DNA of 64,000 bases, taken from sequence record NZ_CP118102.1; one strand, given 5' to 3'. Numbering within the stretch: position 1 is the first letter of the stretch; every line of letters begins with the position of its first letter. The DNA is from a plasmid. The position numbers and the translations under genes were made by a program. Below the pieces are notes generated by a model. The model was not told the origin of the DNA. It searched no databases and worked only from the letters and a program-made list of their open reading frames with translations. Shown piece by piece: positions 9,653 to 19,230 of this stretch.

Positions 9653-10033
9653 ATGAGTATACTCGAAAATGCAAAAGTGATTGATACGTATTCCCGTGCC
9701 AATGCGTTAGCTGATGGATTTCTAGTTGATGTAAGCCATCTTGCTAAAGAGGTCGGTATAAAGTATCCAGTTCATATGAAACGAAATGTGTGGGATTCAA
9801 TGATTGTTCCTGATCAAACCGCTATTATTAACGGCGAGAGCGAAAAAGGGAGACTTTGGGATTGCTTGTGGATGTTTCGCATAGCAATCTCGAGCCAAAG
9901 TGGATCGATCGTACATTTTAAATTCATAGCCACTTTTGATGGAGCTGATAGATATGTATCAGTTAAAGCAATTTGTGGTCCCGGGGATAACCTCGAACCG
10001 GTGATTACTATTCTTTTTCCTGATGAGGATTAA
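9653..10033 (+). CDS. hypothetical protein (126 aa). It resembles a small family that rides with RadC-like genes on plasmid/ICE leading regions.
   Basis: GGAGGA RBS. N-terminal VIDTYSRANALADGFLVDVS pattern. The family assignment is from memory and is not certain. Confidence 0.4.
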   Translation: MSILENAKVIDTYSRANALADGFLVDVSHLAKEVGIKYPVHMKRNVWDSMIVPDQTAIINGESEKGRLWDCLWMFRIAISSQSGSIVHFKFIATFDGADRYVSVKAICGPGDNLEPVITILFPDED

Positions 10034-10293
10034 GTGATACCACACTAAAGAGGCATAACGATGAATTCGAGGCAGATAATTCATGTCATTGGTGAGACCC
10101 TGCCTCCCCTTTAATCTATAAGGTGATTTATCATCTGAAATATTAATCACTTGATATAGATAGATTTATAGTGGAACCTGGGGAAGAACTACCTTTGCTA
10201 TGTAAAGACGAGGGGTACATTAAATTACGACCCCGTAACACTGGCAGATTCTAATAAAAATCAACCGATAAATGGTATACTACCTATGAAAGG

Positions 10294-11469
10294 ATGGTTG
10301 TTGTGGATAATAGAGAGAATGAAAATCTTGATGATTTGATAGGAGATTCTAGATACATTCCCTTTTTACATCGTACGAGGGAATCTAACACGTCTCTGAC
10401 TGTGAAATGGATAGTTAACTTCTTGGCAAGTGTAGTTCAAATGGTTAACATCCCTTTTTTCTTTTTCCTTCTTTTAATTGCAGTTGAACAAGTCGGCCAA
10501 CAATTAAACTCTTCATTCACTATACCTTACAAGATTTTTTTTGCTCTTGGTCTTTTAATATTATTAGTTCTTGGTGAATATTTAGTACAGAGGACTCGAA
10601 AGAACATGGTTAGTCCCAGTGTTAACCTAATATGGTTTATGAACTTTAAGGGGCCTCTAAACAACCACTTTTATTCAGCAGAAAAGTCCCAAGAGTATAG
10701 TGCAAGTTTAGGTGACTTTGTGAAATATCAAGCTGACGAGTACATAAGCCAAGGGATTAAAGAGACAGAGCACAAGCTGATTCGTATGACTGAAGTCGTG
10801 CAGCAACTGAGCAATTTAGGATCCTTCCCTAATGAGACATTTGAATCCTTGAAACGTGTTATTGATATGATTGGGGACATGATGCTGAACCCAGCGAGCC
10901 CGAGAAATTCTTACTATGTTGTTTTAGACCGTATTCTAGCTGAAATAGCAAGTACGAAACCGATACAGCCTTATATCAAGCAGGGATCGATTATGTTGCT
11001 AGACGATACTAGGCACTTATCAATAGCTGGTGGTTTCCATCTGCATAATAATTCTATTCAAAACCGTAAGATCCCGTATGGTGAAAAGTTTGCTGGTAAG
11101 GTTGTAGCCGGTGGCGATGTAATTTGGGTGGATGATGTAAATAATATAGAAGCTCAAGCGCTTTACGGTTTTAAGAGTGATCAAAATCGACCATACACAG
11201 GAATTATGGGATACCCTATGCGAGAGACTGGTTTAGATAGCTATCAGCCAGTTGGTGTAATTGTGCTGCATCTTTCAGAGGATATAAGCAAACTCTTAGA
11301 AGAGGAGAGAAAAGTAGTTTCCAAAACGCTTGAAGTCTATTCCCAAGCAATAATAACTACTATAAAACTTAATAAGTATTATATACAGAGAATGATTCAA
11401 TATGGTATAGTTGGTTTAGAAGAGATTACCACTAGTTTAGAAGGAGGCGACACGAATGATGACAATTAA
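10294..11469 (+). CDS. membrane protein with a C-terminal GAF-like domain
   Basis: Two hydrophobic segments (FLASVVQMVNIPFFFFLLLIAV; FFALGLLILLVLG). The C-terminal LLDDTRHLSIAGGFHL...GKVVAGGDVIWVDDV...VGVIVLHL is GAF-like. Confidence 0.45.
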   Translation: MVVVDNRENENLDDLIGDSRYIPFLHRTRESNTSLTVKWIVNFLASVVQMVNIPFFFFLLLIAVEQVGQQLNSSFTIPYKIFFALGLLILLVLGEYLVQRTRKNMVSPSVNLIWFMNFKGPLNNHFYSAEKSQEYSASLGDFVKYQADEYISQGIKETEHKLIRMTEVVQQLSNLGSFPNETFESLKRVIDMIGDMMLNPASPRNSYYVVLDRILAEIASTKPIQPYIKQGSIMLLDDTRHLSIAGGFHLHNNSIQNRKIPYGEKFAGKVVAGGDVIWVDDVNNIEAQALYGFKSDQNRPYTGIMGYPMRETGLDSYQPVGVIVLHLSEDISKLLEEERKVVSKTLEVYSQAIITTIKLNKYYIQRMIQYGIVGLEEITTSLEGGDTNDDN

Positions 11470-11737
11470 ATGGCCTGTTCAGGAGGAGAAAAAGAAAGAT
11501 TCTGTAATTACTCGATATCCTGCAGATGCACGTGTCGAACCTAGTAGGGATATAAACAAACTTGTTAAAGAAATTCTCTCCGGTGATAAACCTAAGAGAA
11601 AACAAATTTGGAAATTTTAAAAAAATATCAGAACGGTTGTCGATTATCGGCAGCCGTTTTTTTGATAGATTAATAGTATAAAACCCTTCAGGCCGGACAT
11701 GCTGATAGATAACGCATTTCGGCTGGAGGTATTGGAT

Positions 11738-11887
11738 ATGGGTAAATGGTTTAAAAAACAAAAAAGCGTTATTACAAAGATACCTGTTGGAGAAAGAGTT
11801 GGCCCGACTAAAGAGCTACAAGAGATCATGAAGAAGGCTGAGAAAATCTTAGGTAAAAAGATTAATGGAGATAAGAATAGGCGGTGA
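11738..11887 (+). CDS. small basic hypothetical protein
   Basis: Short ORF; weak. Confidence 0.2.
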   Translation: MGKWFKKQKSVITKIPVGERVGPTKELQEIMKKAEKILGKKINGDKNRR

Positions 11888-11894
11888 TTGGAAC

Positions 11895-12056
11895 ATGCAA
11901 AATGGAAGAGTTATACCCTTCACTAAGGAGCCTAAAAGGGTGAGGTTCTTAACCCAGCAAGAGATCACGAGAGCAAATCAGACGAAGAGAGAAGATGTTT
12001 TGAGAAAGTTAGATGAGAAAGACAACAACGTAAAATATAATGAAAAAAAACACTAA
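11895..12056 (+). CDS. small basic hypothetical protein
   Basis: Short ORF; weak. Confidence 0.2.
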   Translation: MQNGRVIPFTKEPKRVRFLTQQEITRANQTKREDVLRKLDEKDNNVKYNEKKH

Positions 12057-12100
12057 AGGTGTACGGGAACGTACACTTTTTTTGTGTCTCCTTTTCGGCC
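12057..12100 (+). terminator. rho-independent terminator; copy 1 of a repeated ~45-bp hairpin/T-tract module
   Basis: GGTGTACGGGAACGTACAC followed by TTTTTTTT, then GTGTCTCCTTTT. Near-identical to the module at 17538-17595. Confidence 0.6.
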
Positions 12101-12469
12101 TAAATGTGTAATAAGTCGACGATTTGAACTGTTAGTAACGAGAGGAATTTCCATTGGAACTTTAGTAACTTATTGGAATTCATCTAAAAAAGTATTAAAA
12201 TAAATCTATTGTCCTAAGTGGCGAGATTAGAGATAACATTTTTTTAAAAAAACTACTTCATTTTACTCCATTTGAACTCCAGCTAATTTGAAAGTGCTAC
12301 TTTTGTCCTTAAATAAAGAACGCTATATTCTCGAAATATGAATCCGGAAAGTGCTAAATTACCATTACCAACTGATGATGTTACCGAAAATAAAAAAACA
12401 TAAACTAAGATAGTATTAAAATATCAAACTAGATATTACAAGCAGTCTACTCTACTAGGAGGTATTGTT

Positions 12470-13555
12470 TTGAAACTTATAAGTCTAGAGATAGAGAATT
12501 TTCGAAACTTTGGTGAAGTGAAAATAAGTTTAACAAATCAAAATGTTATTTTTGGGATGAATGATGTAGGAAAAACCAATTTCATGTTCGCATTAAGATT
12601 CTTGCTAGATAAAGAAATTAGAAAGAATGGCTTTATGATTTCCGATTACTATAAGAATAACATTGAGGAAATTATTAGGATTACATTAGGAGTAGACTTG
12701 TCAGATCGAGAAAATAATGATGATTCAAAACATATTATATCAAAAGTTGGCGGAGCTCGGTCTAGCGATGAATTAGATAAGTTTTATTTTCAAATTGAGG
12801 GTGTTTATGATAAGAGTGAAGAGATTGGAATACCGAAAATGTACTGGGGAAACAATCTAGAAAAACTCATAGAGATTGGTCATAATGGATATTTTAGTAT
12901 CATCGACAATTTATTCAAAGTTGTATATGTCGATCCTGTCATTGATTTAGAAAAAACTTTTTCGAAAAATCGAACTAGATTGTTTAATCAAGCAAAACTG
13001 GATGATTCGGATATAGAAATTTCAAATCAAATTAAGGAATTAGCTAATTTACTGAACACCAAAATAAGTAGTATGAGCTTAATTCAATCTTTTCAAACGA
13101 CTATTACTGAAGAATATAAAAAGTTGAAGAACGAGCATATAAACATTGAAATGAAGTCAGAATTATCTATAAGCGGGTATTTTAGCAATCTAATACCATA
13201 TATTAAAAGAGACAATGATGATAATATTTATCCAACTTCAGGTGATGGTAGAAAAAAAATATTAGCATATTCTATATTAAATCACTTAATACAGTTACAA
13301 GAAGGAAATAAAATAATAATTTATTTAATTGAAGAACCAGAAAATAGCCTACATAGATCTATGCAAATAGCACTCTCTAAGCAATTATTCAATTCAAAAG
13401 TATATAATTATTTTTTCTTATCAACACATTCATCGGAATTACTGTATGAAATGGATAATGCCTCTTTGATAAGGGTGTATTCGCAAAGTGGTACTCTTTG
13501 TGAATCTTATATTTATCATGTTGACGAGGAATATAAAAACGTAAAAAGGAACTAA
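12470..13555 (+). CDS. gajA: Gabija GajA, N-terminal fragment (OLD-family ABC/AAA ATPase domain). It is truncated by a frameshift.
   Basis: Walker A FGMNDVGKTNFMFAL within MKLISLEIENFRNFG. The ORF ends in an A-rich run (AAAAAC GTAAAAAGG). Confidence 0.7.
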   Translation: MKLISLEIENFRNFGEVKISLTNQNVIFGMNDVGKTNFMFALRFLLDKEIRKNGFMISDYYKNNIEEIIRITLGVDLSDRENNDDSKHIISKVGGARSSDELDKFYFQIEGVYDKSEEIGIPKMYWGNNLEKLIEIGHNGYFSIIDNLFKVVYVDPVIDLEKTFSKNRTRLFNQAKLDDSDIEISNQIKELANLLNTKISSMSLIQSFQTTITEEYKKLKNEHINIEMKSELSISGYFSNLIPYIKRDNDDNIYPTSGDGRKKILAYSILNHLIQLQEGNKIIIYLIEEPENSLHRSMQIALSKQLFNSKVYNYFFLSTHSSELLYEMDNASLIRVYSQSGTLCESYIYHVDEEYKNVKRN

Positions 13556-14244
13556 ATCGTTCTTTGGCAACAGCTTTATTTGCAGATAAAGTATTACTTG
13601 TAGAAGGACCCTCGGAGAAAGTGTTATTTGAAAAAATATTAGAGGAAGTACATCCTACTTATGAGTTAGATGGGGGATTTTTATTAGATGTTAGTGGAAT
13701 TAAGTTTAAGCCATACGTAGAGGTATTGCGTGGATTAAATATTACCGTTTTTGTTAAAACGGATAATGATCTAAAGTCTAAAAGAAATCAACCCAAGATA
13801 TTTGATTTAATAGGTATCCAGAGGTGCTTGAACCTTCTGGAGGCTACTGAAGAAGAGAAAGACCCCATAGAACCGATTGAAATTGATTACTACACAGAAA
13901 ACGAGGATGGAAAAAAAGTTTTTAAACAAAAAGGAAAAGACCAACTGATTAAAACGAAGAAACTCGAACTTTTCAAACAATATAAATCTGAAATTCAGTT
14001 AATGAAAGATAACGGTATATACCTATCAAAAATTGATTTAGAACATGACCTGTATGAAGCCATCGGTGGGACAATGGAGACAGCATTAGGTTCTGATCCG
14101 ATAAAATATCTACAGGATCATAAACTAATTAATATGATAGAACTAACAAATCATCTATCGAAAGATGATTGTATCAATATTATCAAACACCCCTTATTTG
14201 AAGCCTTAAGAAAGTTGGTGTCAGATGAGATCGAGATTGGTTGA
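13537..14244 (+). CDS. gajA: Gabija GajA, C-terminal fragment (Toprim nuclease domain). The +1 frame continues from the upstream ATPase ORF.
   Basis: Toprim motif KVLLVEGPSEKVLFE. The frame is open from 13537 and overlaps the end of the ATPase ORF. 361 + ~230 aa matches the ~580-aa GajA length. Confidence 0.65.
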   Translation, partial: KRKKELNRSLATALFADKVLLVEGPSEKVLFEKILEEVHPTYELDGGFLLDVSGIKFKPYVEVLRGLNITVFVKTDNDLKSKRNQPKIFDLIGIQRCLNLLEATEEEKDPIEPIEIDYYTENEDGKKVFKQKGKDQLIKTKKLELFKQYKSEIQLMKDNGIYLSKIDLEHDLYEAIGGTMETALGSDPIKYLQDHKLINMIELTNHLSKDDCINIIKHPLFEALRKLVSDEIEIG

Positions 14245-15754
14245 TCAGGAAGCTAGAGATAAAATACTAGAAGATGATAACAGTATTCTAGTATCGGCAA
14301 GCGCTGGTTCTGGTAAAACTACAATTATGGTACAGAAAATGGGCATAGAATTAAGTAAAATAACTGACCATAAAACAATTGCTGCTATTACTTTTACCGT
14401 TAAGGCAACAGAGGAAATAAAAAGGAAAGCTCAACAATCTATAAAGAAACCATTTGTAGTTATGACAAACGATTCATTTATCGAAAATGAAATAACAAGA
14501 CCATTTCTTAAAGATGCATTTGGATCTGAATACTCAGAGGATTATTCTGTTGAATATGGAAACAGATATAAGTTTACTGTTGCTTCAGAAGGTCTTATGC
14601 AAATCAAACAGAGAAAGATTTTGGGAACTTTTTTTGACAACAAAAAAAATTTTAAATTTAAACTTGCCCTTGCAATAATAAGTAAATCTGTAGCTGCACA
14701 GGAATATATTAAATCAAAATATGCAACTATTTTTATAGACGAATATCAAGATTCAGATCAAGATATGCATCGGTTTTTCATGTACTTAAAAAACGAGCTG
14801 AAAATAAAAATCTTTATAGTCGGAGATGCGAAACAGGCCATCTATATGTGGCGTGGAGCAATGAGTAATATCTTTGAACTCCTTAGCAAAGAAAGATTTA
14901 GTTGTTATGAGCTCGTGACAAACTTCAGATGTCATAAAGACATTGAAAACTACGCTAATATCTTTCATAACCCACAATACTTTAACATACAAAAAGATAC
15001 CGTTCATAATGTTATTCTGAAAAATTATCAATCTAGATATATTAATGAGTTCCCAGAGTCATTTACACAATTGATTGATGATGATTTTATTGATCTAAAT
15101 AAAGAAATAGCCATAATCTCAAATATTAATAGAGACGCAAAAAAAATCGCAGAGTTGTTAAATGAAAAAGGGTTCGATTTCGTTTTTGTTCCTAAAACTC
15201 CAATTGATGAAGGATTACCTAATGGATTTCTATTGAAAGAGTTGGCTATGTTTACTAAAAACACTGCTTATACAATTTATGATTTCATGGAAAAAGTAGG
15301 GGGTGAAGAACGAAGCCAGAGAAGAGTAGAGATAAATAAAATCATTGGTGACTTAAAGAACAAAGATAATTTAATTAAAAGTAAAATAGGAGAAATAATA
15401 AACAACCTAGGTGTTTTTTTAGGACTTTCGATTGGTATTGATGAGGTAACAAAGTTTTATGAAAGTGTAAGCGACCCACAGTTTGACATGGCCTTTCAAA
15501 TGAGGGATAAGAAACACAAAGTTATGACAGTATTTGGGTCAAAAGGGCTTGAATTTGATCAAGTAATTAGTTTCACTCGTTATTATGAAATCTATAACAA
15601 TACAAATATGCAAAATCATTATGTCTGTGTAACAAGAGCAAAGGAGAAATTTGTAATGTTTGTAGATGATGTAAATTATCATAAACATGTATTAAGCTCA
15701 GCAACGAAACACGGACTGACCAATGCAGAGAAGTTGTTTAAATACATCGAATAA
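14225..15754 (+). CDS. gajB: Gabija GajB, UvrD-like SF1 helicase
   Basis: Walker A SASAGSGKTT, motif II IFIDEYQDSDQD, motif VI VCVTRAKEKF. 509 aa. Overlaps the gajA end. Confidence 0.75.
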   Translation: MRSRLVDQEARDKILEDDNSILVSASAGSGKTTIMVQKMGIELSKITDHKTIAAITFTVKATEEIKRKAQQSIKKPFVVMTNDSFIENEITRPFLKDAFGSEYSEDYSVEYGNRYKFTVASEGLMQIKQRKILGTFFDNKKNFKFKLALAIISKSVAAQEYIKSKYATIFIDEYQDSDQDMHRFFMYLKNELKIKIFIVGDAKQAIYMWRGAMSNIFELLSKERFSCYELVTNFRCHKDIENYANIFHNPQYFNIQKDTVHNVILKNYQSRYINEFPESFTQLIDDDFIDLNKEIAIISNINRDAKKIAELLNEKGFDFVFVPKTPIDEGLPNGFLLKELAMFTKNTAYTIYDFMEKVGGEERSQRRVEINKIIGDLKNKDNLIKSKIGEIINNLGVFLGLSIGIDEVTKFYESVSDPQFDMAFQMRDKKHKVMTVFGSKGLEFDQVISFTRYYEIYNNTNMQNHYVCVTRAKEKFVMFVDDVNYHKHVLSSATKHGLTNAEKLFKYIE

Positions 15755-15977
15755 CACTTTAGTGAAACCACTTCTAATTTTATGACTCAAAAAAGAAAAA
15801 TCGTACAATGTGTTCCGATCAAGTCAAACCATAGAATTAACAGTCTGCATATATGTCCTGGATTATTTAATACAATGAATAGTTTTGATATTTAAGGAGT
15901 AGAGGTATCTTTACTCCACTTCTGCCTCTCGAACAAACAATATAGTAATGATCAGCATAGGAAAAGAGGATTGACGT

Positions 15978-17303
15978 ATGGACTTAGGTATGTACGAAAA
16001 AGATTTAATAAATATACGTTTGATTCTAGAACAAACTGAACAGATTGATCACCAAACTATAATTGAGAAATATAGAAATTACTCCCGTAAAGGTGCAATT
16101 ACATGTCCTTTTTGTGGAGAAAAATTAAAATTAAGGGCAGGAGAGATTAGAGATATACACTTCAGTCACCCAGTCGGCAAAACATGTATGAAAGCAAAAG
16201 CATACGATACATACCAAAGACAAACTTTTAGAGAAAATGAAAAACACTCCGTTATGAAGGAAATCATTTATACAGAACTTAAGGGACAAGAGCGATTTAA
16301 AAATGACCTTAAAGTTGAGTATGGTTACTTGGAAAAGGCAGAAGAAAAATGGAACATATATCCAGATATATATTTAAAGAAGGGAGATCGGGAGTTTGCG
16401 CTAAATATTATAACTAACATACAACAAATAGGAGATGAAAAAGTAGTAAATAATATTCACCGTAGAAATAGTTATTTTAAAAATAAAGGGTTAGAGATTA
16501 TATGGTTTATTGAAGAAAGAGAACTAGCAGATGATTTTGTTAATCGGGTGCTTCATCTATGGGAAGCAGAATATAATCTAGCTATGAAAACACGAGAGGA
16601 CCATATTTGGGATGAACATATTAGAGAACTTTCACTAAAATATCCCGAATATAAACTACCTGAAGTTTTCGGTTATAAATCTCAGAATGAAGCATTGCCG
16701 TTAGAGGTGCATAGTCTTTATTATATACGCTCCTTACAAGAGGGAATGGAGTTTACTGTACATCGCCTTATATTAGATAACAAAATAGCTCCTTTTCGAG
16801 CTTTTGCCTTAACAAAAAGCTACCCTTTGAAACTATCTTATGCCTTGAGCATCGACACAGAGATTTCTCTTAGTGATAAAGAACAAGAAAACTTAAATAG
16901 AAAGGAATTTGAAGAAGAGTTTATAGATAAAATCAATAATCAGATCACCAATGATAATTATGTCGGATATTCAGATTTATCAGAGTTTTCTTTCTCTTCT
17001 GTAAATTTTAATCCGTATGAACGTACAGTTATATCAGACGAAGCAACTCGTAAAATAATTCAAGAAGATGAATTAGAAAACAAAAGAGAATCACATAATC
17101 CGGATTACTACCTTAAACAAATTATAAATTTTACTATAACTGATGAAGAAGCAAGACATTTTTACGAAGGATTAGCAAGCCGACATGTAGATTTAGCTAC
17201 TCATAATTTACGATTAGATAATATTTGTAATGCTATAGAGTCTTTTAGTTCTTTTTGTAATAATGAAGCGAGAGTGTGGTTGGATAAGATCCTACGTTTG
17301 TAG
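15978..17303 (+). CDS. CoiA-like family protein (N-terminal CPxCG Zn-finger followed by HFSH, nuclease-family)
   Basis: ITCPFCGEKLKLRAGEIRDIHFSHPVGKTC matches the competence-protein CoiA N-terminal signature. 441 aa. Confidence 0.45.
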   Translation: MDLGMYEKDLINIRLILEQTEQIDHQTIIEKYRNYSRKGAITCPFCGEKLKLRAGEIRDIHFSHPVGKTCMKAKAYDTYQRQTFRENEKHSVMKEIIYTELKGQERFKNDLKVEYGYLEKAEEKWNIYPDIYLKKGDREFALNIITNIQQIGDEKVVNNIHRRNSYFKNKGLEIIWFIEERELADDFVNRVLHLWEAEYNLAMKTREDHIWDEHIRELSLKYPEYKLPEVFGYKSQNEALPLEVHSLYYIRSLQEGMEFTVHRLILDNKIAPFRAFALTKSYPLKLSYALSIDTEISLSDKEQENLNRKEFEEEFIDKINNQITNDNYVGYSDLSEFSFSSVNFNPYERTVISDEATRKIIQEDELENKRESHNPDYYLKQIINFTITDEEARHFYEGLASRHVDLATHNLRLDNICNAIESFSSFCNNEARVWLDKILRL

Positions 17304-17537
17304 CCTCGAACTTTTTGTGAGGCTACATTTACATCACTGTATTTTTTGGGCTAGGATCCATGCAAAAAGACGGAAAAGTATCAATATGTAATCGTTTCTA
17401 TTGCATCTTTACTTTCAGCTTTTCGTTACTATATAATTAGCATATTGTTTAGTAACATTCTTATTTTTCTTGCCGTCAATTTCGGCGAGAATAGGTCATG
17501 CAGCTTCTGCTGTTCTATAAACATTTGTACTTTTTAA

Positions 17538-17595
17538 GGAGACGCTAAAGTGTACGGGAGACGTACGCTTTTTTTGCGTCTCTTTTTTTGTGCAA
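17538..17595 (+). terminator. bidirectional terminator; copy 2 of the repeated ~45-bp module, with two alternative hairpins each followed by a T-run
   Basis: CTAAAGTGTACGGGAGACGTACGC followed by TTTTTTT, then GCGTCTC followed by TTTTTTT. Confidence 0.6.
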
Positions 17596-17851
17596 AAAAG
17601 GAGGAATGAAGATTATGATCTGTGCTGCTCCCACAACTGATCAGTTCTACTGGGTGTTTCGCGAATAATGAGTTAGAGCGATACATCGTGCTATCAGATG
17701 AGGAATTGGGAAGCTCTCATTCACTGCGCTGGGAGATGATAAACGAAGGATTCCATGTATTATGGGACTCTTCCCGTAGTCGTAAACAAGCAATCCGGTA
17801 TATGGAGCTTTACTATCCTATCCCGATTATAAAAAGTTTGAAGCCGTTCCT

Positions 17852-18292
17852 GTGCCAGTGACTTTTAGGGAAGCATGCGACTTTGTAAACAAGCATCATC
17901 CTGCCCCGCAGGGTATGAAGTTTGCACTCGGTCTCAGTAATGGAAGGGAATTAATTGGAGTCTTGATAGCCGGTCGGCCTGTGTCTCGCTTAAGAGATAA
18001 CGGAAAGACAATTGAAGTTACCCGCTTATGCGTCCACAGTGCTTATAAAAATGCATGCAGTAAGTTATATGCATCGGCTGCACGTATAGCAAAAAAGATG
18101 GGCTATCAAATGCTCATTACCTATACGTTGGAGGAGGAAGATGGAGGCTCACTTCGAGGGGTAGGATTTCAATTTATTGGAGTGACTCCAGGAGGAAGCT
18201 GGCATAGCAAATCCCGCAGCCGGCAAGACCGACATCCAATGGGACCAAAAAGGGCTTGGAGCCTGAATCTATCGTCGAGCCAGGAGGAATAA
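17852..18292 (+). CDS. hypothetical protein (146 aa), possibly a small GNAT-like fold
   Basis: ORF. The EVTRLCV ... LRGVGFQFIG pattern gives only weak support. Confidence 0.35.
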   Translation: MPVTFREACDFVNKHHPAPQGMKFALGLSNGRELIGVLIAGRPVSRLRDNGKTIEVTRLCVHSAYKNACSKLYASAARIAKKMGYQMLITYTLEEEDGGSLRGVGFQFIGVTPGGSWHSKSRSRQDRHPMGPKRAWSLNLSSSQEE

Positions 18293-18312
18293 AGAAACAA
18301 GGAGTGTTTGTT

Positions 18313-19200
18313 GTGAATCGTATTGCATTGATTACAGAGTCATCTACCCGGCAAGATAGTCCAATGCCTGCTTATCGATTCTACCAAGGATCCCGCAGCC
18401 GTTGGGTAAACAACATCATTCGTTACATGGAGGTACGTAATTTTTCGGAGGACAACATCTTCTTTCTTAGTGTATTTGGGCAGCGGATCATTGGGTACCA
18501 GGAGATTATTGACCCGTACCCTGTTCGAAAATGGCACCCACGAAAGGATGAATGTACTGCTTTTGCAGAAAAGGTATTGGCTTTTATTCAACAAATTCAC
18601 CCGCTTCCCTTCGTAGAAATCCATACCGGTAAGACCATATCAGACCCCTTAAAACGTCTGTTTGACGAAAAGGGAATCGAATACCGAGTATACGGTGACG
18701 GAGTTCCTCTTGGAGCAAAGCCTACATGGTACGCGGAGTTAATTGAGAACGAGCTTACCCAAATCCGACTGAAAGAGATTGAAAGAGAAAAGATGGTCGT
18801 ATCTTCGTTAATTCAATTCCAGTCGCCACAAGAGGCAAGCCATTTAATCGATCAATTCGAAAATAAGGCACACCTATACGGAGTTGAAGCCAACATAGAA
18901 GAGCTTAAAAAATTACTTGGCAGCTACCGCCAAAAGAAAAAGGACGCGAAAAAGGCATATGAAGCATTCAACAACGTAATGGAGAAAGAAGATATTGCAG
19001 GGGAATTTAATAAGTTCCTGCTGAATGTTCAATCCCTTGCTGAACTTCATGGACATGCTCATTTTGAAGAAATAAAGAGCAGATTCGGTCAGAGTGTAGC
19101 AAAGCTTAGGTTGTACTTGATCAAGCATAACTACGCTTTAATGGCCGAATACAGCATCTTTGCTGCACTGCAGCGTATGCAAATAGCGCTTCTTAAATGA
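18313..19200 (+). CDS. hypothetical protein (~296 aa)
   Basis: GTG start after AAGGAG. Overlaps the upstream ORF. Confidence 0.4.
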   Translation: MNRIALITESSTRQDSPMPAYRFYQGSRSRWVNNIIRYMEVRNFSEDNIFFLSVFGQRIIGYQEIIDPYPVRKWHPRKDECTAFAEKVLAFIQQIHPLPFVEIHTGKTISDPLKRLFDEKGIEYRVYGDGVPLGAKPTWYAELIENELTQIRLKEIEREKMVVSSLIQFQSPQEASHLIDQFENKAHLYGVEANIEELKKLLGSYRQKKKDAKKAYEAFNNVMEKEDIAGEFNKFLLNVQSLAELHGHAHFEEIKSRFGQSVAKLRLYLIKHNYALMAEYSIFAALQRMQIALLK

Positions 19201-19230
19201 TGAGTAAATAAAAAAGACATAGGAACGAGA

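Noticed and set aside
12470-14244. Two separate genes (AAA ATPase; Toprim protein) as listed by the ORF track
   Set aside because: - The domains are the two halves of a single OLD-family/GajA protein.
- The frames overlap at an A-run, and the summed length matches GajA.
- Treated as a frameshifted single gene.
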